DNA of 61,755 nucleotides, counting the filler, from Nemertoderma westbladi (lineage: Eukaryota > Animalia > Xenacoelomorpha), in assembly GCA_032718475.1 (NCBI GenBank). It is 3 parts of 3 records of this genome, joined end to end, with 100 filler letters (N's around TTAATTAATTAA, not from the genome) between each part and the next. Parts side by side here need not be neighbours in the genome. Positions count along the whole stretch, not along the records: positions 1 to 22,310 come from JAUCBJ010003152.1; 2 more parts are not named here. One strand, 5' to 3'. A program made the translations under genes and the position numbers. Positions 12,391-22,410 of the stretch are shown in pieces. Every line of letters begins with the position of its first letter. The first letter of the stretch is position 1. The notes beneath the pieces were generated by a model that worked only from the letters and a program-made list of their open reading frames with translations, had not been told where the DNA came from and made no database searches.

Positions 12391-14503
12391 TCAACACAAC
12401 CGTATATCGAGCACTTACATATGAGACCGAGACGGAAGGAGAGGAAACCCGATTGTCTATTCCGGACAGGCAGCTCTCATGGAAAGCACCAACATCATCT
12501 GTCGGTATCCGAGAGTTTCCCGTGGTGCAACTGAGGGTGCATGGAATAGGGAAGAGCTTAATAGTGAACGCCCTCCTTGACTCCGGCAGTACAGGCACCT
12601 TTATAGACAAAGACCTAGCCGAAGATATCTTTGCTGGTCAACCAAAGTTCCGAACCGAACTGAACCTTTCTGGAATTATGCAGGTTTGAAAATCCACGGT
12701 AGCCACCGATTACTATGTGGGTTCGTTGTCCACTCCCCAGGATGAACTAGGAGAAAATAGTGTAAGGTCAGTTAAGATGGTGGTGATAAAGAACTTTGCT
12801 ACTAGCCAAGTGGAGCTCTACAACTGGGATGAAGATCATTTTACCCAGCAATACAACATACCTAGATTCAGTACCAATTATCCAGGGGTACAGATATTAC
12901 TCGGCCAAAATGCGCACGAGGCGCTTGAGACAATAGAAAAACGGCCTGCTCGACCGTGACCACTCCAGACTTATGCGGGAAGAACAAGAGTAGGTTGTTA
13001 CTTCACTGGACCTTCCCACAGGACTTTACAAGAAAGACCATCAGGTAAATGAATGTGAGGAAGATATAAGTGAAGAAGAAATACCAGCTGAGGAAACCCC
13101 ATACTCCTCAGATAACGACGATATACATAACTTGTATGACGAGGAAAATACCCTTGAACTCCTCACTGAGAATCAAACTTGGTTAAACCAAGTTAACTTG
13201 TGTAACCTTATCAGTCAAAATAGCGAACAATTTACTTATGATGATGAATTAAATGAAGCGGTAGAGCGGTACAATGTGGGATGACTCGTGGGATGATCCA
13301 CTCAAGGGAGAACTGCTAAAGAAGTGGATGAAATTGGAAGATTCTTTACCATCTATCGAGAACTTTAAGATTTCCCGCTCATATTTCGGCCACGTTCTCC
13401 CCACATATTCCTATCAACACCATGTTTTTGGAGACGCCAGCGATATTTGAATAGGTATAGTAGCCTACCTGAGGTTTGAAACTCTCGATGGAATTAAGGT
13501 TTCATTAGTCGCCTCTAAGGCCCTAATAAACAACAAACTGCGAGTTCCCAAAGCGGAGTTAAAGGCGGCTCTATACGCTACAGCCATCGGCCGGAATGTA
13601 ACGGAACAGATCGACTATCCACTAGAGAAAACTGTCTATTGGACTGATGCTTTACTCGTTCTGGAGTATATAACTAATGAAGTCTGTCAGTTCAGCGTCT
13701 TTGTTACCAACAGAGTAGCCATTATACTCAGTCGCTCTAATATAGATCAATGGAGACATTGCCCTGGGACGATTAATCCAGCTGACATCGCTTCCAGAGG
13801 AGCAACTCCTCAAGGATTGATAGATACTCCAGACTGGTTAGGTGGACCCGACTTCCTGGGTAAAGAAGAGGAGGAATGGCCCCCTCATCTCACCATGGCG
13901 GAGATCAGACAAGCCAAGGGAGCGGAGAAAGTCAAACCGAAATCCCGGACGAGTAAATCAAAGCTGTTTAAGCCAGCGATAGATCTGTCTGTGCTACACA
14001 CCGCCGGTGACGCCACTGTGGATCTAAACTCACCCATGGATGTTATCCGAACTATAAATAAATCCGTTATAGAAATCAGAGAAAGAGACTGGAAATCTGG
14101 GACACCAGACGTCTCGCAAGGACTCTCTCCTCTCATACAAAGAGCGATAGATCATTACAGCTCCTGGAATCGGCTTTGCAAGGCCATTGTGTATCTGAAA
14201 AGATGTTTCCATCATCACTATTCCAGGACAAAGATCGCTAATGATACCACTCCAGTAGTAGCTGAAAAGGTCCATGCTACTAAAGACCTTCCCACTTATA
14301 GAGTGCCTGATAGGTTTCTGACGGAGAAGGTCAGTTACCAAGAACATGATGATACCAACAAGCAGATACTGAGACTCCTGCAATGTTACGAGGATTCCGA
14401 TAAGTATTTCCTGTTGTTAAGAAATCCACAGATGCGCTCAAGGGATCGTTTCTCTAGCACAATGATAGATGGGTTAATACGTGTCGGAGGGAAATTAACC
14501 AAT
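12387..14503 (+). pseudogene. pol: pol remnant of element C: aspartic protease, RNase H region, lead-in to integrase; RT missing
   Basis: ALLDSGSTGTFI (protease). At ~13285 the sequence jumps to WDDPL..W, HVFGDAS, VPKAELKAA, YWTDA, NRV, WRHCPGTINPADIASRG, WLGGPDFL, GLIRVGG. No YxDD motif seen. Confidence 0.88.
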
Positions 14504-15076
14504 TGTGACGGGATCAGATAGAGGATCCCGGTTTATCCGGTGGTTTGGTTTATTTACGCGTCCCGCCGTGTGAAAAGAGTTTGTTAGAGTTCCTGTTGTT
14601 AATCGCTCAGTATGTATATAATATAGAATGGTATAAAGTATAAGCACAGTTATAGCGAATGCAGTTAGTAATTGCGGTATACAGACAACAGGAATGAATA
14701 AACGGCTGAATGGTAATAAAAGTTACCGTCCTACCCTAACTGAACTGGCTAGCTAATGAGTGAATGAATAACACGGTTACTGGTAATATATTGCACCGGT
14801 TGGCCGCATTACACTACTCAGCCGATACCTTCCCCCCATTGGCTAATAACTCACTTGTCACCCTCCCATCTCCCTGGGAGTACTTCCCCCCCGCTGCTGT
14901 GTCTCTCTCCCTCCCGGAGGTGTAACCTCTGACCCCCGCTGTGTGTGTTCCCTTGGGGCCTATTGTCCCCGCTTATTGGGGTGACACGAGGTTGATTGGT
15001 AACCAACCTCGTGCTCCCAATATTGCTTAAAACCAACTCTGTGTGGGCCTGGCTAGCGGAATTGAATATGCTAACA
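14504..15076 (-). repeat. 3' LTR of BEL/Pao element D (573 bp)
   Basis: Minus strand reads TGTTAG...TCACA. Preceded by PPT GGGGGGAG (15077-15084); AATAAA ~45 nt before its end; interrupts the pol of C mid-frame. Confidence 0.8.
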
Positions 15077-15771
15077 CTCCCCCCATGCTATCTTCCCGGT
15101 GAGAAGATAGCATCCACCGCTAGTGCGCTACAATTCCGCTGGATCTCGACCTAGTATCGAGTGTGGGGTGGAACTATTTTCCTCGGAGCCGGCTTTCCAG
15201 ACCGCCCCCTATGGGTATGATATCGCTACCCTGTTTACCTGGCGTCCCGTGTCGGGCCGATCGTGCGCTCCTCTCACACGACTTTTGTTTCCCCAAAACT
15301 TTCACCACTAACTCTACTCTGTTCTCACCCTGACTCTCCTCTACTTCTCCTCACTTCCGCTCTAACTTTCGGACTTCCCTGTCCCTCACTCAGCCTCTTA
15401 TTCCTCCCCCCCCCCCCCCCACACTTGAATTGCACCCGCACTCTCTCCGCACTACAACTCAACCCCTATCTCTCCCACTCACTCCCGACGAGTTTCACTC
15501 CCCTCCTGTGCCGTCGCACTCAAGAAGTGTGATGTCGTCCAGTGTCTCGTCCATGATAGTATTATAGTCTATCGGTCCCCAGTCCCAGTAGCTAATTGAG
15601 AAAAAGGTTGTACGACTATAGTACTTACTTTGATTATATTTTGCTAAACTAATAATGATTACTACGTACGTACCTACTAATTGCACTTTTCAATTATTTA
15701 AATTACTTGAATTTGTACTTAGGAGTTCGCACGTCTCGTGTGGTGCCTTAGAGGCATGTTACACCGAAGTC

Positions 15772-16827
15772 TTAGTTCGTTCCACCAGCCTTTGGGAACC
15801 ACATCAAGTCTTTCCCTCTGTCGTCCTCCTCCCTTGGTCGTTTCCTGGTCACTGCCGCTCCTCTGGTCTTGTCTGCTTTCTGGCTTCGGACTCTCGCCGC
15901 CACCTCCTTACTGATCCCGGTTGTCGACTCCTTGGGTGCTGGTGTTATTAGCTCCCGGTATCGCTTTGCGGGTGGCCCCTCCGAGTGGCCCTGCTGTCTC
16001 CCCCTGGTGGCATCCCATAGGATCATTTTCATTGCCCGTGGCACATGCTCCGCCAAGAAATCCCTGATCTCTCCTCTGTTCTGTGGCGTCCACCTATCCA
16101 AATACCTCTGCGTATTTATCACCCCGGCATATGACGCCGCCGTCGCCACTTCCTGGTAGGTAAACGGAAGCCTCCATTTGATAATCTCCATGTGGGCCTC
16201 CTGATTAATGTTAAAGAAGCCCCACCGGAACTCCTGGGCCTTCATACGTTGCCGAGTCATCGCCCCGACGTCGGCCCACTCCTCGAAGACCCTAAACTTC
16301 TCTTCGTCGTCCATCCAGTCGCACTGGCGTCCGTAATGTCCCCGAAAGTTACACTTCGAACATCGGTTATGCAACCGTGGACACGCCCCCATCCTGTGGC
16401 TCGACTCGCTGCAGTAGAGACAACTAGTCCCTTTCTGGAACCGGTACAAGCAGCTCCTTTCCTGATGGGTCTGTCTCCCACAGTAGTCACAGCCGAGCAC
16501 CAATGTCTCCCGCCCCACGTCGTCTTTCGTCCCAAGCGATCTCCGCGGTCTGTGGAGTCGCTGGTAAGCGAACTTCCGGACGTTAGCGTCCCTGTCTACA
16601 TCGATCTCCTCGCCCCTCCCGGGCATCATCTCCCCGAATACTACCCGTGGTGCCGTCCCCGGTTGCTCGCCCAACCTGATAGTGCTCCCCGCGAAATCCA
16701 TCGCCGGCTCCTCATGCACCCAGGCCCGCTTGCCGGGTCTATCCCAGAAGGCCCTCGCCCCACTGGCCGTCACCACCCTCCCGCCAACCCAGTCCGTGTC
16801 CGAGTGGCCGATCCTCTCTCCGAACAT
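15772..16827 (-). CDS. Accessory ORF, C-terminal part: three CCHC zinc knuckles plus uncharacterised region
   Basis: CDYCGRQTHQERSC, CLYCSESSHRMGAC and CSKCNFRGHYGRQC are each CX2CX4HX4C. 351 open codons, same strand as pol. Confidence 0.75.
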   Translation of the reverse strand: MFGERIGHSDTDWVGGRVVTASGARAFWDRPGKRAWVHEEPAMDFAGSTIRLGEQPGTAPRVVFGEMMPGRGEEIDVDRDANVRKFAYQRLHRPRRSLGTKDDVGRETLVLGCDYCGRQTHQERSCLYRFQKGTSCLYCSESSHRMGACPRLHNRCSKCNFRGHYGRQCDWMDDEEKFRVFEEWADVGAMTRQRMKAQEFRWGFFNINQEAHMEIIKWRLPFTYQEVATAASYAGVINTQRYLDRWTPQNRGEIRDFLAEHVPRAMKMILWDATRGRQQGHSEGPPAKRYRELITPAPKESTTGISKEVAARVRSQKADKTRGAAVTRKRPREEDDRGKDLMWFPKAGGTN

Positions 16828-17329
16828 GGCATCTCTCCGAACTCGTCGTCGTCCTCGTCCTCTTCTGGCAGTGGCTCCAACCCTGGTATCCCGGTGGACC
16901 CACTATGTCACTTCCCGCCTTGGCTCTCGCCCGTAGCTTTCCATCCTTCTAGCTCCCCTAACCTCCTTAGCGGCTGGTCGCCCTCGGCGCCCGCTGGTAT
17001 GGGCATCGTCTGCAATCCCGACGTCGACTGTTTCGGTGATCCCACCGTCCATCCTAGTTCTCGCCCTAGAGACTCCCCCGAACTCCCTGATGAGGTCCAA
17101 CGAAGTTCGTCTAAGGCCGCCTGTTCCTCGAAGCCGTAGCTCTGTGCTCTAGCTTCCTCCTCACTTTCCTCTGCTTCTCTCCTCTCCTGTCTAGCGACTT
17201 CTTCCAATCACTTCGCCTCTCGTCTATCCGTCTCTAGCTGCTCCCACCTCTGATACGGCGTATCTACCTCCCCGTCTTCCAGATGTCGGCTGTTGTAGTA
17301 CACTGACTCGCCCTTCAGCCCCGGGTGGT

Positions 17330-18370
17330 CTACCAGACCCTCGAAAGCCGTCTTAAAGGGACGGCTCTTCTGTAGCTTAGGGGTGATCCCAATAATAGGA
17401 ATGCCGCTGGTTCCCTCTCGATAACCACGGTCATGAATAGGTTAAGCAAACCCATCATTATCCAGTCCTCCTGTAGGATATATCGCTTCTGATATACCTT
17501 TATCACTCCTCTCCGGAATTGATACACCTCTTGTCTCCCTGGCCTCGCTCCCCACTTCAGCGAGTTCGCCAAGTCCGCTCCGTACTCCCCTCTGAACTTA
17601 CCCCAGTCCATCGGTTTGTGACACACGAGCCCCATTAACTGGCCCATTGCCACCGCCCCGCAATGTCCTGTGTTCTCCACTAGTCCCAACCCGTCTGGTG
17701 CTGTCATAGCCATATAGACCGTCTGCATATCCACAAGGTTGGGGGTGTCCGGACCGATGATTCTCTCTGCATCGTCGCGAATCGCCGATCCCACTTTCGT
17801 CGTCGACTTCTCTCTCACTAGGGTCTGCACCGCCTTCGGCAACCGGTTCAATTTCGGCCCGTCCTTCTTTCCATACATTCCTAGATCGAATAGGAATATA
17901 TCCCCATTTGGCACGGCCACATGTAGGAGTATGGTTCTGGCCGACCCCGCCGATCCTCTCCTCGAACCCTCCTCGTCTTCCACGGTTCCTTTGTCGTCTA
18001 GGATCATGTATCCTCCCCTGCCGATGGACTCTACGAACCTCTTCCAATCTTTCCTCGGTGGCTCTCTCGCGTACTTCGGAATCCCGAACTTCGCCTCATC
18101 TCCTTTCACCACGTAGTGGAAATGCTCGAAGATCGCGTTGTCCAGCGACGGCGTCCCATAGGTCCCGACCAGCCGCTGTTCGTGCACCTCCCTGAAATGG
18201 TCCTGTAGCGCTCGCGCTGCGTGACCCCTCTCTAACCGCTCGTAGTATCCCCTCGTCTTCTCTTCCGGATGCCTCTTGGTGAAATCCACTAGTATTTCTT
18301 TTCTTCCTGACTCCGCCTTTCTCTTCCTGATCAGTTTCCGCGCCATTCCGAACTCTGCCCGATCGCTCAC
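17330..18370 (-). CDS. Accessory ORF, N-terminal part: DnaQ/DEDDy-like 3'-5' exonuclease domain (RNase D/WRN-exo/EXD type)
   Basis: Motifs in the expected order: MILDDKG (ExoI-like), ILLHVAVPNGDIFLFDL, LPKAVQTLVREKSTTKVGSAIRDD (ExoII-like), NLVDMQ, QKRYILQED (ExoIII-like). Confidence 0.7.
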   Translation of the reverse strand: MSDRAEFGMARKLIRKRKAESGRKEILVDFTKRHPEEKTRGYYERLERGHAARALQDHFREVHEQRLVGTYGTPSLDNAIFEHFHYVVKGDEAKFGIPKYAREPPRKDWKRFVESIGRGGYMILDDKGTVEDEEGSRRGSAGSARTILLHVAVPNGDIFLFDLGMYGKKDGPKLNRLPKAVQTLVREKSTTKVGSAIRDDAERIIGPDTPNLVDMQTVYMAMTAPDGLGLVENTGHCGAVAMGQLMGLVCHKPMDWGKFRGEYGADLANSLKWGARPGRQEVYQFRRGVIKVYQKRYILQEDWIMMGLLNLFMTVVIEREPAAFLLLGSPLSYRRAVPLRRLSRVW

Positions 18371-18779
18371 CCGTTGGGTGGTGCCTTGGCAAGGCGCAAT
18401 AGGATGAGTGATAGGTTAGGATGGTTTATTTCAGTTCAATGGCCTGTCTCTCTCTGAATTACTAAGTTATATAGCCTATTTTACACTACCTAATTTCTGA
18501 AGCTACCAAATTGTACTTTAAATTACAATTTTGTCAGTTACTTTAATTATGTTCCAGAATTTTCTTGCTACTGTTACCATAATTTGTTAATTTTCTTAGC
18601 CCTATTCTATTTTTAATATTTTAATTTAATTCAATCCTACTACTGTGCTACTACTTATTATTGCCAATGGATTATTCTATTCCATAATCCACATTCTGGC
18701 CTACTCTGTGGGCTTGTGCAGTACAACAGTATGCGTCGCGTGGCCTACACGATTTATCCTGCTGTACTCATATGCCCCC

Positions 18780-19385
18780 CTCTCGCTACTAACTACTAAC
18801 TAATGTCTATATTATACATACCCTTCTACCTCTTACTCTTACTAGCCGGTACTACGTACCCTCTTACTAACCTCTAACTCTCTCTAACTAACTAACGGTA
18901 CTACGTACCCTCTTACTACTAATTTCCCACTATCTAACTAGCGGTACTACATACTCTCTCACTACTAATTTCCCACTATCTAACTAGCGGTACTACTTAC
19001 TCTCTCACTACTAATTGCCCACTATCTAACTAGTGGTACTACATACTCTCTTACTAATGGTACTACGTACCCTCTTACTACTAATTTCCCACTATCTAAC
19101 TAGCGGTACTACTTGCTACTTGCTAACGGTACTACGTACCCTCTTACTACTAATTTCCCACTATCTAACTAGCGGTACTACTTGCTACTTACTAATGGTA
19201 CTACATACCCTCTTACTACTAATTTCCCACTATCTGACTAGTGGTACTACTTGCTACTTACTAACGGTAATACATACCCTCTTACTACTAACTCTTACTA
19301 ACTAACTAGCGGTACTACGTACCTTCTAACTACTAACTCCTACTATCTGCCTAACTCTTACTAACTTCCATCTGCCTACTTACTC
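18780..19385. repeat. Composite tandem repeat between pol and the accessory ORF of D
   Basis: Repeated modules CTACTAATTTCCCACTATCTAACTAGCGGTACTAC and GGTACTACGTACCCTCTTA, with periods of about 50 and 78 bp. Confidence 0.85.
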
Positions 19386-19506
19386 TTCCTTTATTTATTA
19401 TTTTTTTTATTTTTTATTTTATTTGTGGGAAGGGCGTCTCGCCCTCATTCCCACCCCCCTCAGTCCAAAACTTGGACGACTAAACTCCACTAAAATCCAC
19501 CCTAAC

Positions 19507-22310
19507 TCAAGGTGCCCCCTCTAGCAGACAGCATTTCCCTACAGCCCTCCTGTAGGTCTTCCTGTCTTTCGCACCTATCTTGCCTCCTATTCGCACTTCT
19601 ACCGATCGGACTCTTCTGTCCTCATCGGAGTAAGTGCCCACAACTCTCGCCAACCGCCATTGGTTGTTAATGATGGTATCGTCCGTGACGATAACCAGAT
19701 CACCCTCCTTTAACTCTCTATTTGTATTCCTCCACTTGCTTCTTCTATGTAGCGTGGGCAGATATTCCTCGACCCACCTCCTCCAGTACTCTGCGCTTAT
19801 CGCCTTAGCGACTTTCCAACTCTGTCGGGAGTGTATATTGTCTGGGTCTACACCCCGCATGTCGATGGTCACCGGCCTCTCCATTAGAAAGTGACTGGGC
19901 GTCAGCACATCTAATGACTCTGGGTCATCATTCTCTGGATATAGCTGTCTGCTATTAATGATACCCTCACACTTTGCTAGTACTGTCCTTAGTACGTCCT
20001 CTGTAACCATGTGGGTGTTCATCAACTTCGTCATCAGACGCTTCGAACTACCCACTAGTCTCTCGACGCATCCTAGGGTATGCGGAGCATACGGCGTCCT
20101 CCTCGACCATTTCACTTGTCGACTTCTCATGGCTGCCCTGACTTCCTCCCCTTCCAGGATATCCAAGGCCTCTGCCATCTCGTTCTCTGCCCCCACAAAG
20201 TTGGTCCCGCTGTCAGAATACATTACTGCGATCGTCCCACCTTTGCGGTCTCTAAACCTTTCTAGAGCATTAATGAATGCTGATGCGGTTGCATCTTGGG
20301 CGAGTTCTATTCCTACCGCCCGCGTGTTGTTACATACGAAGATGATACCGTAGCGTTTCTCCGTGTGCCGCATCACCTTAATCTTTATCGGCCCGAACAT
20401 ATCCACACCGCAATGCGTAAATGGCGGGTCGTGCTGTCTCACCCTACTGGCCGGTAGTGGCGCCATCTCCTGTATGGCTCACTCCTTCTTCGCTCGTCGG
20501 CAGGTCTGGCACTGCCCCACTACCGCCTTTACCTTCTTCCTCAGCTGTTTGACCCAAAAGGTCCTCCGTATCTCCGTGAGGGTTCGGTTGGTGCCCCCGT
20601 GCAATATAGACTTGTGGGAGTCCCATATAATCTGGTGGACTATCGGCGATCCAGTAGGTATGATGATGGGTTTTGGCGGTATTACAATACTGTTGTTGTT
20701 CAATACCCTCGAGTTCATTACTAGAATCCCATCATCATTAAGTTGTGGTGACAGCGTGATCAGCTTGCTGTCCCGTTGGAGATGCTGTTGTTTACCGACG
20801 CGTTCCACCTCGTCGCCGTAGTTCTTTCTCTGCTCATAGCGGATGACTGCTTTGGCCACTTCCTCCAGATCGATGGTTGTTCTAACTTTTACGTCTTTGT
20901 CGACTCCCTTGAGGAAATCCCCGAAGGCTCTCCAGTACGCCACTAACTTCTTGGTCTTGTACCAACTGGAGCTGTAGCTGAGGAGTTTATCCGTCGGGTT
21001 ATCGCACAGTTCTCCCGGTTTTGGTTGCACGTCCCTTATCTCCCTCACCATTTGGCTGTATATCTTTTCTCCCTCTGAATCTCCCTCTTCTTCCTCTAAC
21101 GCTACTTCTCCTGAGCCCGGGTCCACCTTTCTCATCGGTGGCCAGGCTTCCTTATCGCTCAGAAACTGTGGCCCGTGTTGCCACAATACTTCCTTTTTTA
21201 AGAAAGTGTGGCGTGCCACGCCCCTCGATAACAAGTCCGCTGGGTTCTCGTCCGTTGGGCAGTAGTGCCACCTTTCCAGTTCTGTGGTCGCCCTTATTTC
21301 ATCCACCCTATTTGCGACGAATATAGGGTATCTCGTCCTCTCGTTATGTAGCCAACCGAGCACTACCATGGAATCCGTCCAGTAGTGTGTTTCCACTATG
21401 TTGGGGATAGCGTCCATTAAGTAGGCTGTGGCCCTAACTCCTAACCTCGCTGCTGTTAACTCGAGTTTCGGAACCGATGCCGAATCTGGTGGCGTCGACT
21501 TCGCCTTGCTAAATGCGATGTCTGGGCTTGTGAGCCCCCTCTCGCTGTACTAAGTAGAGTGCCGCTCCGTATGCCTCTAATGACGCATCGGAGAACATAT
21601 GTAAATCCAGATTCGTCATGTTCCCGTCCGGGAAATATACACGTGACATGCTGCATGTTCCCATTTGCTCTAAACTCTCTGTCCACTTGCTCCATTGCTT
21701 ACTAATCTCTTCCGGGACCTCTGTGTCCCACTCGTCCTTTAATTTGTATACTCTCTTGAGTATCTGTTTCCCCGTGACTAGTAATGGGGATGCTAGGCCT
21801 AGGGGATTGTATATCCTCGCTATATACGACACATAGCCCCTCTTTGTGTGGATACCTGCGCCCTCCTGACTCAACTGGTATTTTAACTCGTCTGTCTCTC
21901 GGTTCCACACGATCCCTAGTGCCTTCTGCTGGGACTCCAATCTCTTGTTCGCCATGTCCTGTCCCTTGGCTGTCGTGGGATTATCCATGGTCGACTCTGG
22001 CCTCCTGTCCTCTATGGCTTTCATGAACTCTTGCGAGCTGGATTGGAACTTGGTTAGGTTGAACCCGGATCCTATTAGGATGTCGCGAACCTCGCGCCCC
22101 GTGTCCAGTAGTTCCTTAACCGTATTTCCAGACTCCATCCCGTCGTCTACATAGAAGCCGCGTCGAATCATATCGACGGCTCTAGCACTGTATTTATCTT
22201 CTTTTCCCTTTACTGTGTCTCTTACGGCCATAGTCATCGTGAACGAAGACGACTTGGCTCCCATATTCTGTACTATCATCTTGTACATTGGTATTGTCGA
22301 CGGTTCCTCG
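19507..22310 (-). pseudogene. pol: pol of element D: RT C-terminal half, RNase H and integrase, with one frameshift (~21520) and one in-frame TGA (20479-20481)
   Basis: FYVDD, GFNLTKF, YNPLGL, HMFSDAS, VPKLEL, YWTDS, NPADLLSRG, H..ILH...CQTC, GVDMFGP, SDSGTNF, ERLV, LTPSHFL, W..EYLPTL..RSKW. Confidence 0.95.
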
Positions 22311-22410
22311 NNNNNNNNNNNNNNNNNNNNNNNNNNNNNNNNNNNNNNNNNNNNTTAATTAATTAANNNNNNNNNNNNNNNNNNNNNNNNNNNNNNNNNN
22401 NNNNNNNNNN
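22311..22410. other. Assembly gap with artificial six-frame-stop linker
   Basis: N44 TTAATTAATTAA N44. Confidence 0.97.

Larger units (their letters stand above)
5977..14503 (+). mobile_element. BEL/Pao LTR retrotransposon C, decayed, RT deleted, cut off by insertion of element D
   Basis: TG start at 5977, ~2.9 kb of LTR plus leader, then gag, protease and RNase H motifs; ends at the LTR of D. Confidence 0.85.
14504..22310 (-). mobile_element. BEL/Pao LTR retrotransposon D, 3' part; 5' part lost at the contig end
   Basis: RT-RNase H-integrase, internal tandem repeats, accessory ORF, PPT and 3' LTR in the expected order. Confidence 0.9.

Noticed and set aside
16192-17139. 315-aa plus-strand ORF as an antisense gene
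   Set aside because: It is in codon register with the GC-rich sense ORF and has no recognisable motifs; a typical shadow ORF.
22355-22366. TTAATTAATTAA as a biological motif (also at 45627-45638)
   Set aside because: It is centred in identical 100-nt N gaps: an artificial stop linker. Adjacency across these gaps is unproven.
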